Below, piece after piece: positions 1 through 10,380 of a stretch of 64,000 bases of DNA (its first letter is position 1; the number at the start of each line of letters is the position of its first letter). Origin of the DNA: a virus; the IMG/VR virus record IMGVR_UViG_3300025941_000001, positions 29,825 through 93,824 of that record; one strand, 5' to 3'. Position numbers and translations under genes: made by a program. The notes under the pieces are model-generated. The model was not told where the DNA came from. It searched no databases and was given only the letters and a program-made list of their open reading frames with translations.

Positions 1-2006
1 GCAACGCCGATCTCGACCTTGCCGATGATCTTTCCGTCACCGCCCGCGATGAGCGAATACGAAATGATCTTGCCCGTGGCGGTGCCGCCGGGCAAGCGCT
101 GATCGTTGAGCGTCGCGTTCTTGCGACACGAGAGACCGACCGCCTGTTCGAACGGGCAACTCCAACCAATCGTGACAGCCCGAGCGCGGTAGCGCAGCCG
201 GGCACGTGCCTTGCTGATGAGGTACTCAATCGAGCGCAGGCCCCGGGGCGTCGGAAAGAACGAGCGCGCCCGAACGTCATCGGCGGTGCCGCCAGCCGGA
301 ATAGACAGGCCCGGAGGATTGGGGCCGAGCACGGTCCATACCACGGACCCGTCGCTGATGTGCGAGCCGACGCTCGTCGAGAACGCGGGCGCGCGGATCA
401 GCGCGACCTTACGCGGAGCCGGAGGTGCTTCAACGTTCGTCGTAGCCGGAGGCGTATACGTGATGACCTCGTAGGTATCGTTCGTTCGGCCTTGTTGCGT
501 GCAGATGTAGTAACTGACTTGCGTCGGCACGGGCTCGAAGTCGCCGATGTTGTCGTTGAAGACTTGGTTTTGCATGAGCACGATCTGCCCGAGCGGAATG
601 GCCGACGCTGCCGACCAGCGCGGCGCAATCGTCGGCAAGCTCGTGCCCAAGCTGGCCCAATGCACGGTGCCGTCAATCGTAACTGTGCCCGGGATGTCGC
701 TGAATACCGGCTCGGTCGCGCCCGCCGTCCCTGCCTGAACGCAAATCTGGAAAGCCAAACCGCCCGGCGTCGTCGGGTTGTTCGGCGTGATGATCTGGGT
801 CAGGCCGACCGGCTGGCTCGCGAAGTTCGTCCACGCCGAGATTTCGAGAAGAGGTTGCCCCACTTCCACGGCTTGGATGGAGAGCAACTCGGTGTTCTGA
901 CTGACGGTCGGAGCCGCGAGGACCGACTGAGTATTCGCGATGAGATCGAACGCTAGCAACTCGGTGAAGTCGCGCTCGGCGTCGAAGCGGATTGTCATGT
1001 CCATGCTGACCGACCAAAGCGGCACAACGATGCCGCTGCTCGTCAGCGTCATCGGAATGTTCTGCGGCGGGTCGGAAGTCGGGAAGCAAAGCCCGCTCTG
1101 GAAATACCCGGCGAGCGCAACCGTCATCGGGTTCGGCGACATGAGCGCCGGGCCGCTGGAGTTGGTCGTCGCGGACGAGTTCGAACACTGGCCCGGGTTC
1201 GGGTCGGTGTTCGTCCACGAGTAGCTATACGACGCGGTCGGGGTTTGCGTGACGAAGAACACGTCGGTCGTGAAGCTCGACTGGCACTTGTAGCCCGCGC
1301 CGATGCTCGTGCCCGGCTTTGGCCAATCGCTGAGCAGGCTGTCGCCCGTATAGCTCTGCATGTTGAGCGTCGGGACTTCAAACGTCCCGGACGAGCGCTG
1401 GGTCCAGTGCGCGCCGGTCTCGACGCGGACGTTCGTCAGCGGCGGTTGTCCGAGATTGAGCGAGACGCTTTCGTAGAGCGCGTCCAGCACATCGAATACG
1501 ACGGTGCCGTCTTCGCCGTTGAGCACATCCGACGCGGTGATGTCCAGCGTCGTGCGGTCAATATGCCAGAGCGCCGACCAGCCTTCGAGAACCGTGTCCG
1601 GATCATCGCGCTTGGTCGCGTCGATCCAGAGCGGATCATAATAGGGCGCAGTCTTCATGGTTTCGGCGAGCCGCTGCTTGTTCGCGATGAACTGCGGCGA
1701 GCGCGCAACGAGTTGGATACTGACCTTCTCCCGGAACAGGTTCGTCGGCACGCCGACGAGGATGCCGAAGAAGAGCGGGACCAAGGTGCCGTTGTTGTCC
1801 CACGCAAGCCATGCCCACACATTGCGGCCGGGATTGAGCAGGCCGATGCGCGGGTTCCTGATGACCATGTCCAGCGACGGGACTTGACCTTCCTCGTGCT
1901 TCAATTCGAACGAGACGATGTCCTCGTCGAACACGTTCATCGTGCTCGGGTTGAACGTCGTCGCGTTCTCAGGGACCCACGCGAAGGTGAATGGGAGATT
2001 GGACAT
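1..2006 (-). CDS. Tail tip/hub-like structural protein (3' end runs off the window)
   Basis: Absent from the ORF track because there is no stop in the window. Manual translation from ATG at 2006 (TAATG overlap with the upstream gene) gives MSNLPFTFAWVPENATTFNP...GKIIGKVEIGV, open to base 1. It lies two genes after the tape measure. Confidence 0.75.
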   Translation of the reverse strand, partial: MSNLPFTFAWVPENATTFNPSTMNVFDEDIVSFELKHEEGQVPSLDMVIRNPRIGLLNPGRNVWAWLAWDNNGTLVPLFFGILVGVPTNLFREKVSIQLVARSPQFIANKQRLAETMKTAPYYDPLWIDATKRDDPDTVLEGWSALWHIDRTTLDITASDVLNGEDGTVVFDVLDALYESVSLNLGQPPLTNVRVETGAHWTQRSSGTFEVPTLNMQSYTGDSLLSDWPKPGTSIGAGYKCQSSFTTDVFFVTQTPTASYSYSWTNTDPNPGQCSNSSATTNSSGPALMSPNPMTVALAGYFQSGLCFPTSDPPQNIPMTLTSSGIVVPLWSVSMDMTIRFDAERDFTELLAFDLIANTQSVLAAPTVSQNTELLSIQAVEVGQPLLEISAWTNFASQPVGLTQIITPNNPTTPGGLAFQICVQAGTAGATEPVFSDIPGTVTIDGTVHWASLGTSLPTIAPRWSAASAIPLGQIVLMQNQVFNDNIGDFEPVPTQVSYYICTQQGRTNDTYEVITYTPPATTNVEAPPAPRKVALIRAPAFSTSVGSHISDGSVVWTVLGPNPPGLSIPAGGTADDVRARSFFPTPRGLRSIEYLISKARARLRYRARAVTIGWSCPFEQAVGLSCRKNATLNDQRLPGGTATGKIISYSLIAGGDGKIIGKVEIGV

Positions 2007-2476
2007 TAGATTTCCTCGGCGTCAAGCGTCCAGCCAATGACGTTCTTCCATTCGTCGAAATGCTGTTCGTGTGTGACGACACGCATCTCAAGAACCGGCC
2101 GGTAGAACGTATAGCCGCCCTCGACGTACTGAGAGCCGGAGACGGGGTTGCGTCCGTGCGGACCATTGCCGCCGGACGTGAGGTAGCAGAACACGAGCGC
2201 GCACTCGACGGTGATGTGCATGCCGGGCCAAACGTTGTCGAGCGGCGGGGCGGTCGAGTTGTCCGGCGCGCTGATCTTCGTAGAATACTTTCGGAACTGC
2301 GGAGCCGACAGGTCAATGAGCGTGCCGTTGATCGTGCGCTCCAATTGCGACGCCGCGCCGATCACTTCGGCGGTCTGCGACAACCCGCGCGCCTGATAGA
2401 GCATGTTGCCAAAGCTGGAGATCGTCAACAGCGTGTCGCTGTCAGCCGGGAGAATGTTATGGAATTGCGCTGGCAT
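2006..2476 (-). CDS. Distal tail-like virion protein
   Basis: 156 aa, directly after the tape measure, tightly coupled to both neighbours. Confidence 0.6.
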   Translation of the reverse strand: MPAQFHNILPADSDTLLTISSFGNMLYQARGLSQTAEVIGAASQLERTINGTLIDLSAPQFRKYSTKISAPDNSTAPPLDNVWPGMHITVECALVFCYLTSGGNGPHGRNPVSGSQYVEGGYTFYRPVLEMRVVTHEQHFDEWKNVIGWTLDAEEI

Positions 2477-2477
2477 G

Positions 2478-4772
2478 TTACCCTACCCATGAAGGCTTGG
2501 AGCCTGCGGCCGAAGTCTGGCGCGAGACTGCATAGTTGGCGAGGTCGTCAATCGTGCTCTTCGGCCCACGCAAACCATTGAAGGTGCGCTCGCCGATTGT
2601 CAGGTTAAGCGTGCTCGTCGGCCCGTTGCTCAGGCCGCCCGTGAGGCGCGACGGCGCAGCGACGCCGCCGCCCTGCGCGAAGCCGGGAAGCTGCATGTTG
2701 TTCAAGGCATGGAACAGCCCGGTGCCGTACTGTTGGACCGCCGCCGCCTTGATGACGAACTCGCCGCGCGACAGACGCGCGAGAATGCTGTCGCTCGTGG
2801 TCGTGCCCGGCCCGTCGATGGGACCGCCGGTCGCATGCCCCTTGACATCGCCGCCTTCGCTGGGCGTGTTCGCCTGCCCGCTGCTCGGCAGTTTGATCGC
2901 GGTCGCGCGATCAATTGCCGCGAGGCCCTTGATGATCTGCCCGATGATCTCGACCACGGTGGTCAGGAATTTGATGATCGCGTTGTCCTTGACCTTCTCC
3001 CACGCCTTACCCGCGATATCGACGATCTTTTCCCAGTTGGCGCGAAGAAGACCGACAGCGGTGATGACGAGACCGACAGCCACAACCATAACGCCGATTG
3101 GCCCGGTCGCGAGAGTGATGGCGACGCCAATGCCGATGATGATGCCCTTGAGGATCGTAGCCTGCTCTACGACGCCGCCGCCGAACAGCTTCGCGAACCA
3201 CGTCGCGGTATCTGCCAATGCCTTGACAGCCGCAGACAGTCCGGCTCCGAGGGCCGAGAGGCCGTCGATGAAGCCGTGAAGCAACCCGGTGTTACTCTCT
3301 ATGCTATCGCGGAGCCCGTTCAAGAACACGGTGAATGCGGGGGCGATAGCGAGCGCGAACCTCTGCGACAGGATGCTTATGGTCAAGTTGAGATTGGCCA
3401 GCGCGCCCCGGAAATGTTCTAGGTCATCGCGGGCTTTCTTGGTATCGAGTTCTTTGGTCGCGGCGTTGAGGTGCTCCAGCGCCCCGGTGTTGTGCTCCAA
3501 CACGTGCAGAATTTCAGATGCCGAAGCTCCGAGCGCCTGCATCGACGTGCCAGCGAGACGATTGACGATGGCCAATCGCTGTTGCCGAGTGATCAGGTGG
3601 TCGGTGTCCGCCGCAAAAGTGCGGCTCAGTTGGATGAGCGTCTCGTACCCAAGCTTGTCTGGGTTCTTGTTGCCCTCTTTTGCCTGAGCGATGATCGCGT
3701 TGGTCAAGTGCTGGACGGAAACCTCAGCCAGATTGACAGACTTGGCGGCCTCCTTGTTGCCCGCGACGATACCATCAAGCGCATCACGGATGCTGGCAAT
3801 ATTGGAAAGAGCGACCTTCTCCGCCCTTTGCTCCGCCTCAGCGCGTTGAATGATCGCTTCCTTGACGGCGTTCTGATCTTTGATACGCTGCTCGATGTCT
3901 TCGCGCGCATTCTTCGCGGCGCGACGAGCGAGGTCCTCCACGTCTTGTTCAAGCTGACGCTGCTTGAGTGAAGCCTGCGCGGCCTTCTCTTGCTGGGCCA
4001 GACGAGCGTCGGCCTCGGCCTTGCGCGCGGTATCGACCGCTTGCTGGGCCTGAGCGATGGCGAGACTTTCCTTCTCGGAAGCCGAGGGAGGCGTGCCCTT
4101 GGCAGTGGCGAGAGCCTGCACGGCAGACAACACGCCCAACTCCGCGCCGCGCACGGACTGGGCCGCGCCGAGTTGTTCGGACGCGGCGTGCTGGGCGGCG
4201 AAGGTCAGCTTGATGTACGCGGCTTCGAGCGCGTTGCTGTCGCGCGACATCTGCGCGAAACGTTCGGACGAGTTCTCGCTCAGGGCGGTTTGCGCCTCGC
4301 GCACACGCTGGATAGCGGTCGAGACGCGCAGCGTCGCCGCGTCATTCTCGGTCGCGTAGGTCTTGATGCTCTCGGCGATCTGTGGCCACTCACGCGCGAT
4401 GGTGATCGTGAGACGATTGGCGAACCGCTCAAACTGCTCGACCTTGACGCCTGCGCCTGCGAACGTGGCTTCGATATCTTGAAGCTGGCCAGCGGTCACG
4501 CCGAATGCGTCGGCGAGCAACGCGGTCTTCTGGGTCAATTCGGTTTGCTCTTCGATGAACTGGGTCGTCGCGGCGGTCACGCCAGAGATGACTTTCTCCA
4601 GCCCACTAAGAGCAAGTCCGGCGAGCGCGAACGAGGTCGCGCCCTTCTCGAATGCCGAGGTGAGCTTCTCAAAGCTCTCAGCGCCTTCCTCGCCAATCTT
4701 CTTGATCGACGAGATGAACTCGGTGTCGCCTTTGAGCAGAATTTCTGCGATAAGTGGATCAAGCTCAGCCAT
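2478..4772 (-). CDS. Tail tape measure protein
   Basis: 764 aa, Ala-rich helical, hydrophobic segments, C-terminal GHATGGPIDGPGTTTSDSILARLSRGEFV motif typical of TMPs. Confidence 0.9.
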   Translation of the reverse strand: MAELDPLIAEILLKGDTEFISSIKKIGEEGAESFEKLTSAFEKGATSFALAGLALSGLEKVISGVTAATTQFIEEQTELTQKTALLADAFGVTAGQLQDIEATFAGAGVKVEQFERFANRLTITIAREWPQIAESIKTYATENDAATLRVSTAIQRVREAQTALSENSSERFAQMSRDSNALEAAYIKLTFAAQHAASEQLGAAQSVRGAELGVLSAVQALATAKGTPPSASEKESLAIAQAQQAVDTARKAEADARLAQQEKAAQASLKQRQLEQDVEDLARRAAKNAREDIEQRIKDQNAVKEAIIQRAEAEQRAEKVALSNIASIRDALDGIVAGNKEAAKSVNLAEVSVQHLTNAIIAQAKEGNKNPDKLGYETLIQLSRTFAADTDHLITRQQRLAIVNRLAGTSMQALGASASEILHVLEHNTGALEHLNAATKELDTKKARDDLEHFRGALANLNLTISILSQRFALAIAPAFTVFLNGLRDSIESNTGLLHGFIDGLSALGAGLSAAVKALADTATWFAKLFGGGVVEQATILKGIIIGIGVAITLATGPIGVMVVAVGLVITAVGLLRANWEKIVDIAGKAWEKVKDNAIIKFLTTVVEIIGQIIKGLAAIDRATAIKLPSSGQANTPSEGGDVKGHATGGPIDGPGTTTSDSILARLSRGEFVIKAAAVQQYGTGLFHALNNMQLPGFAQGGGVAAPSRLTGGLSNGPTSTLNLTIGERTFNGLRGPKSTIDDLANYAVSRQTSAAGSKPSWVG

Positions 4773-5298
4773 TGCCGCCGCCCTTCAACTGCGCGTTCAA
4801 GATGTCCGGAAATTCCTCCATCACTCGCTTCTCGATTTCCGCGATGTGGAATTTCTTCGGAATGTTCACGCTGGGGACGCCGAAGTATTTCGGTGCGCGA
4901 TCTTTGATGGCAAACAAGAGCGGAGGTCCGCCCGCGTGCCGGTTGACAGAGAACAGTTTGTCGCCGTAGTCCTTCGGCTCGATGCCGACTGCATCGGTGC
5001 CGCTGATCGGAAGCCATAGGAGGGGCTTGCCGTGGATGGTGCCGCCGCTTTCGAAGATGTCCGCGCCGGGCGCATCGATCTTGGTCGTGATCGTGTGATC
5101 GCTGACCGTGACGCTCAAGCTGTTGAGGTACTGAGACCCGAAGTTGCCAGCGCCCGCGATGTCCGCCGAAATCTGTTGTTTCAGCATGGACGCGATCATG
5201 TTCTCCGCAGTCTTGAGCGCCGCGCTATACTTCTCGGCAGTCTCGTTGAGCCCCTTCTTGAACTCTTCGGTGTTGATGCGGAATGAAAGCTCCACCAC
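4765..5298 (-). CDS. Tail-associated protein
   Basis: 177 aa between the chaperone and the TMP; overlaps the TMP start. Confidence 0.55.
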   Translation of the reverse strand: MVELSFRINTEEFKKGLNETAEKYSAALKTAENMIASMLKQQISADIAGAGNFGSQYLNSLSVTVSDHTITTKIDAPGADIFESGGTIHGKPLLWLPISGTDAVGIEPKDYGDKLFSVNRHAGGPPLLFAIKDRAPKYFGVPSVNIPKKFHIAEIEKRVMEEFPDILNAQLKGGGNG

Positions 5299-5301
5299 GG
5301 T

Positions 5302-5589
5302 TCACAATTCCTTGTCCCATGTATCGAACTGTTTCTTGAGCGCCTTGTCATCCCCGCTGCTACCGAGGTTGAGCAGGCCGAGCATGTAGTAGAGATCTCG
5401 GAGCGCTCGCTTCTCAGCGAGGAAGGCATACGCCGCCATCTGTCGCGGCGTGTAGCCCCAGACTACGGCTGGGGGGTGACCGGCGGCGATGAGGGCCTCG
5501 ATGTTTGCTGCAATTTCATATCCGGCACCTTTGAAGAGAGGTCGGAGTTTGCTGCGTTGGCGAGGGTCATAATCCTCTGGGCGAAAGGG
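5302..5589 (-). CDS. -1 frameshift extension of the tail chaperone (GT-like)
   Basis: CCCTTTC at 5589-5583. The -1 frame is open to TGA at 5302: ...YEIAANIEALIAAGHPPAVVWGYTPRQMAAYAFL...DTWDKEL*. Confidence 0.7.
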   Translation of the reverse strand, partial: PFRPEDYDPRQRSKLRPLFKGAGYEIAANIEALIAAGHPPAVVWGYTPRQMAAYAFLAEKRALRDLYYMLGLLNLGSSGDDKALKKQFDTWDKEL

Positions 5590-5936
5590 GCGAAGCCTTT
5601 CGTGAAGGTCATACCTCCCACGGCTTCGAGAAGGTCCATCTGGTATTCGAACCCGATCTCGCTCGCGCGCTCTTCGGCTTCCTTATCGCCGAGTTGCCCG
5701 ACCGCTGCCGCGATGATCGCGGCGACGGCGTCGGGGGCGACGGTGATGAATACGCCGAGGTCGAACTTTTCCCCGGTGACCATGCCCAAAATCTTCGGGA
5801 AGCGCTTGATGATTTCGAGGCCGGTCTTGGCACTGATGCCTTGAACGGTGAGGTAACTGTCCCCGACCGGGATATCCTTGGACATCGGGACGAGGTCGGT
5901 CAGGTTGAGACCGGGCTTCTTCTTGCTCATGATCAT
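5463..5936 (-). CDS. Tail assembly chaperone (lambda G-like)
   Basis: Lies between tail tube and TMP and contains the slippery heptamer C CCT TTC. Confidence 0.75.
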   Translation of the reverse strand: MIMSKKKPGLNLTDLVPMSKDIPVGDSYLTVQGISAKTGLEIIKRFPKILGMVTGEKFDLGVFITVAPDAVAAIIAAAVGQLGDKEAEERASEIGFEYQMDLLEAVGGMTFTKGFAPFAQRIMTLANAANSDLSSKVPDMKLQQTSRPSSPPVTPQP

Positions 5937-5975
5937 TTCCTTGTATCAGCGGGGGAGACTGATGCGGTACGCTTA

Positions 5976-6230
5976 TCAGACGGTCCGAGGGTGCGGGGGC
6001 GGCCCGGCGGCGACGCCGCGCAGGGCGTTCGGATTGGTGACAGCGGCCTCGTCGTCGAACTCTTCTGCGGCGGCCTCGGGGGCGTCCTGCGGGGCCTCTG
6101 GAGCGGGGTCTTCCTCCGGGGCGACTTCCGGTGCCTTTTCCTGCGGCTCGCTCTGGACGCCTGCGCCAGCGTCGGCGGGGGCGGTTTCAGGGGCGATATC
6201 TTCCGGGGGCATTTCGGGGGCGTCGGTCAT
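5976..6230 (-). CDS. Acidic Pro/Ala/Glu-rich hypothetical protein
   Basis: 84 aa low-complexity ORF in the operon direction. Confidence 0.4.
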   Translation of the reverse strand: MTDAPEMPPEDIAPETAPADAGAGVQSEPQEKAPEVAPEEDPAPEAPQDAPEAAAEEFDDEAAVTNPNALRGVAAGPPPHPRTV

Positions 6231-6364
6231 GGGGGGTATCCTTTTTCAGGGGGCGGGTTTATCCGTGATAGGTTTTCACGGTGCGGAACGGTATTTCACG
6301 TTCCCGGGGGACAAAACCATAAGGCCGGGGCCTGATCTCCCGGGCGGGAAATCAGGCCAGAGGC

Positions 6365-6934
6365 TTAGAAGGCAACCGAGGGCGAGTTCGGCAGCGAGAC
6401 GGTCGCCGTGCCGAAGGTTCCGGCCGCTTGGTCGAACAGAACGTCACCTTCGAGTTCGATGACGCCCCACGTGTTGGCGATCAGGCCGAGGGCCTTCGAG
6501 GGCGACAGCTTGACGAGCGGGAACTCCACGGTCCAGATGGGGCCGATGTCGTTGGTGCCGACGAACTTGACCGCCCCGTAAATGACCGGGTTGGAGAAGA
6601 TGTCGATCACGTCCGGGGTCGGAGACGGCCCGCCGGTCGGAAGACCGAGCAGCGCGAAGCCCATGTTGCGCGCGGTCATCTCTTCGAGTTGCATGTTGAG
6701 CGTACCAGCGAGTTCGATGACGGCGGTGAAGTCCTTCACGCGCACGCCGGTCCGGCTGGAGAAGTGGTCGAGTTGCGTGACCTTCGCCAAGAACTCAAAC
6801 TGCGGGACGTTGCCGCAATCGACGAAGGCGGTCTCGCCGAGCAACTTGATGCTGACGATGCCCTTGCCGATGTAATAGTTGCCGATGTTCGGGCTAACAA
6901 GGGAGCCGGGGATGTGTTCGTTTCCAATGGGCAT
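6365..6934 (-). CDS. Major tail tube protein
   Basis: 189 aa with NYYIGKG...GNVPQFEF...LDHFSSRTG, upstream of the chaperone and followed by a hairpin. Confidence 0.8.
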   Translation of the reverse strand: MPIGNEHIPGSLVSPNIGNYYIGKGIVSIKLLGETAFVDCGNVPQFEFLAKVTQLDHFSSRTGVRVKDFTAVIELAGTLNMQLEEMTARNMGFALLGLPTGGPSPTPDVIDIFSNPVIYGAVKFVGTNDIGPIWTVEFPLVKLSPSKALGLIANTWGVIELEGDVLFDQAAGTFGTATVSLPNSPSVAF

Positions 6935-6945
6935 GGTTCTCTCCG

Positions 6946-7452
6946 TTAGGCATTCACGAGTTCATCGGGTATAAACGGATAGCCGAACGTGATCGACAAA
7001 CCCATCTGCCCTTTCATCTGGCGATTGCGCGCCAAGTCGGTGTAGCAACCGTCGAAAACAATTGACCCTGCGGAGCCGGTGAAGGTCGCGAGGTCCGGAT
7101 CATGAAGGATCAAATTCAAGATCGCTGCACGAGCCAAATTCAAATCTTCTCCTACGTTCGTGTTCTGCGGCTTGCGCACATCGAGCACGACGTAAATCTC
7201 TGGCGTCATCTTCATCATGCCGGGTCCGGAGCGTTCGCTTCGTCCCGACATCTGGGGGAAGCGTGGGTCCTTGACTTCGTCGGCATCCAAGAGGATGATA
7301 CCCGGAACCTTCTCTTTCGGAAGCTCATCGCGATTGTGCACGATGTTGCCCGCCGCGATATGGGTCCCGTCCGTAAGCGTAACGTCGAGGTTCGACAAAA
7401 TCTCGAAGAGCCTCGCCAAGATCAGTGCTCGCCTATCCGCCTTTGCCGTCAT
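6946..7452 (-). CDS. Tail terminator/completion protein
   Basis: Start MTAKADRR at 7452 (ATGA overlap); synteny before the tail tube. Confidence 0.55.
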   Translation of the reverse strand: MTAKADRRALILARLFEILSNLDVTLTDGTHIAAGNIVHNRDELPKEKVPGIILLDADEVKDPRFPQMSGRSERSGPGMMKMTPEIYVVLDVRKPQNTNVGEDLNLARAAILNLILHDPDLATFTGSAGSIVFDGCYTDLARNRQMKGQMGLSITFGYPFIPDELVNA

Positions 7453-7826
7453 TGACGCACCGTAAATTCCCAGAGTGCCGTTATCCCGGCGGGCGCAGTC
7501 TTCTTCGGCTTGCACGTCATCGGCAAGATTTCGTCGATCACTGGCGGGTCCGCTGGGGGTTGAACGAACGTCACCAATTGATCCTGCTCGTTGTCAGGCG
7601 GCATCAGTTGCACTTCCGAGTTTTTCGCCGACATGATGACCTTGCGGTCGGTCGGGTTGGCGAGATCGGAAGGCTTCTCACGCGGGATGTACTCGATGAT
7701 GACAACCCGACATGGGCGGTCCTCGGGGCTACTTCCTGCGCGACGGAGTACGGCGTCCATACCAAAGAAAGTGATAAGTTCGTCCGCGTCCGTAATCGCC
7801 TGATCATAGTCAAATTTCGTGGCCAT
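7449..7826 (-). CDS. Head closure/head-tail joining protein
   Basis: Start MATKFDY at 7826; size and synteny. Confidence 0.55.
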   Translation of the reverse strand: MATKFDYDQAITDADELITFFGMDAVLRRAGSSPEDRPCRVVIIEYIPREKPSDLANPTDRKVIMSAKNSEVQLMPPDNEQDQLVTFVQPPADPPVIDEILPMTCKPKKTAPAGITALWEFTVRQ

Positions 7827-7868
7827 TCTATGTGATCCTATGGTGCCGAACAACTAGCAACTTCGGGC

Positions 7869-8774
7869 TTACCGGATGACCGTCCGGCTGCCGCCCTGAC
7901 TGAGCAGTCCGGCCTTCGAGAGGATGCGGTCCACGTGCGGGAACGAAGCGAAGAAGCCGAGCCCGAACTTCGTATCGTAGGAGACGATGGTTTCGAGAGG
8001 GCCGACTTTCTTGGTGACAGACGAGGCCACGCCGCCATTGCCGACGAGGGCCGGGTCGTAGTCAGGCTGGAGATTGACGCCGTTGAGCACGCGAATGGCA
8101 AGCTCCGAACACGCGGCTTTGAGCGCCCTCGGAATGCCGTTGACCGTGTTCCCGTTGAGGTCCACGAGACCCTGACGCGGAAACTCGGTGCTCTGATTTG
8201 TCGTGCTGGAAACGAGGAACGGGCTGGAGATCAGCGCGTAGGGCGTAAGCCATCCTTCGAGGAAGTAGGCGTTCGCGCCGGGCAACACGCTGCCCATGCT
8301 CTGGAGACGCTTGACGCCGCCGAACCGATACTTCTGATCAAGGTAGTCGGTGCTTTGCACGATGGCGGCTTGGATGGCCGTGTCGGTCACAGCCGGGATG
8401 GAGTTGCCCCGGCTATCGTGATACTGCCGAAACTCGTCGATGGTCTCGTAGGCGTTGGCCGCGTTGATCTCGATGACGAGCGACTGCTCGCCGACGTTCG
8501 CGCCGGTCTGCCATGTGATCGTGCCGTTCGCAGGCCAATCGGCCATATTGGCGTTCGGGGCTGTGACGGAAAATTCGCTCGCGCTGAGAACCTGACAGAC
8601 GGTGAACGTCAACGACTGAAACGTCTCGTTGGAGAAGCCATCTTGATTGTTGAAGACGCCCTCATAGAGCCCGGTGTCTCCGACTTCAATGGGCGCGATG
8701 ACCGGCGACGGCGACGGCAACAACGTGAGTTGCGCCACGGTGCCGGTTTCGTTTTGGACGGAGAAGACGGCCAT
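7869..8774 (-). CDS. Head-tail adaptor (DnaT-like family) with N-terminal extension
   Basis: ANAY...YHDSRG...AAIVQSTDYLD...EFPR...IPRALKAACSELA...KKVGPLE pattern. Confidence 0.7.
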   Translation of the reverse strand: MAVFSVQNETGTVAQLTLLPSPSPVIAPIEVGDTGLYEGVFNNQDGFSNETFQSLTFTVCQVLSASEFSVTAPNANMADWPANGTITWQTGANVGEQSLVIEINAANAYETIDEFRQYHDSRGNSIPAVTDTAIQAAIVQSTDYLDQKYRFGGVKRLQSMGSVLPGANAYFLEGWLTPYALISSPFLVSSTTNQSTEFPRQGLVDLNGNTVNGIPRALKAACSELAIRVLNGVNLQPDYDPALVGNGGVASSVTKKVGPLETIVSYDTKFGLGFFASFPHVDRILSKAGLLSQGGSRTVIR

Positions 8775-8794
8775 TGAATATTCCCCAGCGTTAA

Positions 8795-8823
8795 AGCGCC
8801 GCCTGCACTATGCGGGCGGCGCT
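8795..8823 (-). terminator. Probable intrinsic terminator
   Basis: AGCGCCGCCTGCA/TGCGGGCGGCGCT hairpin followed by TTT on the minus strand. Confidence 0.55.
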
Positions 8824-8829
8824 CTGTGA

Positions 8830-9549
8830 TCAGTAGTTGACCGCTGCTTTGCGGGGGAGGAACGCGGGAGCCGGAGTGTGGCCCCGGCCGTTTCGACCGT
8901 TGTCCCGCTTGCGGTCCATCAGCGTCGCATCGACCGGGTTCTGAGCCATGTTCGGCTCAAAGCGGCTGCCGGTGATCCGCTCGCGCAGAACCTCTTGCTG
9001 ACGCTCAAGATGCTGCTTGATGTTGGCGGCGACCGAGATCGCCGGATACTTCGAAGCGTAGAGCGTGAGCGCCCGGTTCAACCGAGCCTCGGCCGCGACG
9101 AGCAAACGCTGCGCGTCCGCGATCTTGTTCTTCGCATCAGTGACGCCAGCCTCGGCGTCATCGACACGGCCCTTGGCGATAAGTCGGAGCCGTTCGTATT
9201 CGTCCTTTGCGTCGAGCGGATCATCGCGGTCTTCATCCGGGTCCGGAGGTCCCATGATCTTCGCGGCTACAACTGCCGCCGGAGACACGCCGTTGGCCGC
9301 AGCCTCGGCATTGATGGCATCGAGCCCGCCGGTTTCATCGCCGGGTTGTTCGTCCTCGGCGACACTATCCGAGGTCTTGCGCGCGAAGCCCGGGAGGGCG
9401 TCGTTGATCTGCGCTCGGGTGATGTCCTTGTCGTTGCAGAGCCGTTGCACTTCGGCGACGAGCGGAGCGCCGTCATCAGTCCAGAGCTTGTCGTCCTTGT
9501 GATCGAAAGATTGCAGGGCCTCTGCGATAGCTGCTTTGGGGGTCGTCAT
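8830..9549 (-). CDS. Hypothetical protein downstream of the capsid gene
   Basis: 239 aa, N-terminal DDKLWTDDGAP motif, coiled-coil region. Confidence 0.65.
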   Translation of the reverse strand: MTTPKAAIAEALQSFDHKDDKLWTDDGAPLVAEVQRLCNDKDITRAQINDALPGFARKTSDSVAEDEQPGDETGGLDAINAEAAANGVSPAAVVAAKIMGPPDPDEDRDDPLDAKDEYERLRLIAKGRVDDAEAGVTDAKNKIADAQRLLVAAEARLNRALTLYASKYPAISVAANIKQHLERQQEVLRERITGSRFEPNMAQNPVDATLMDRKRDNGRNGRGHTPAPAFLPRKAAVNY

Positions 9550-9669
9550 AGTTTCACCTCATGGTGCGGGGGACAAATCGATGCCCGGGGCTCGAAAGCC
9601 CCGGGCCGGGAAGCGACAGCGCGAGCCGAAAGTGTCCCCCTCTTAGCCCGCTGCCGTCGCCGTCCCGTT

Positions 9670-10365
9670 TCACGGAATGGCAGCGAGACTGGCGGCGGCG
9701 GAGACCGTTCGCGCGCCATACTTGGTGACCTTCGCGAAGATGACTGCGGCGGTGCTCGACAGGCGCGTTGCCTGCGCATCGAGATACGCGCCAAGCTGAC
9801 CGCCGGTCGCGCCGCTGGAATTGCGCCTCTTCGCAAGCGAGGCATAACGCTGATGGAGGTTGTACTCGCGGGGCGAGGGACCAGTCTGACCGGATACGTT
9901 GCTTGGCATTGGAACAGTCTCCCTACTTTGCTGCGGCGAGAGCTTCCCGCCGGTCTTGAAACTCGCTCTGTCTTCGACTTCGACCGAAACCCACTGACCC
10001 CAAAGACCGCGCACGGCCCTCGCAACCATTTGGTCCCGTGTCCCGGTTACCCGGAGCGGTCCCCACGAACCGCTGTATCCTTTTCCTTTGGCCCTATCCG
10101 GCTTCTCCGTCGAAGCGAACTGGCCCGAGGTGCCGACTGATCCTTGAGCCGCTGCGGCGTCGCGCAACTCAGTGACCTTGAGCGGTCCCCAAATCCCTGC
10201 CGAGCCTTTGAGCCTCGCAATGTCTGCCCGCTCGACTGGGCCGACACTTCCTTGCGCGCCGTCGTATCCGCGAAGCGCGGCCTGATCTCGCGTCTCGGTG
10301 ACCTTGAGCGGTCCCCAGATGCCGACCGAGCCCCTGAGCCGCGCGATGTCGGCTCTCTCCGACAC
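9670..10365 (-). CDS. Repeat-containing putative virion protein
   Basis: Three copies of G-x-WGPL[KR]VT-x-x-RD; ERADIARL[RK]GS appears twice. Confidence 0.6.
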   Translation of the reverse strand: MSERADIARLRGSVGIWGPLKVTETRDQAALRGYDGAQGSVGPVERADIARLKGSAGIWGPLKVTELRDAAAAQGSVGTSGQFASTEKPDRAKGKGYSGSWGPLRVTGTRDQMVARAVRGLWGQWVSVEVEDRASFKTGGKLSPQQSRETVPMPSNVSGQTGPSPREYNLHQRYASLAKRRNSSGATGGQLGAYLDAQATRLSSTAAVIFAKVTKYGARTVSAAASLAAIP

Positions 10366-10380
10366 GACATTCGACGCCTC

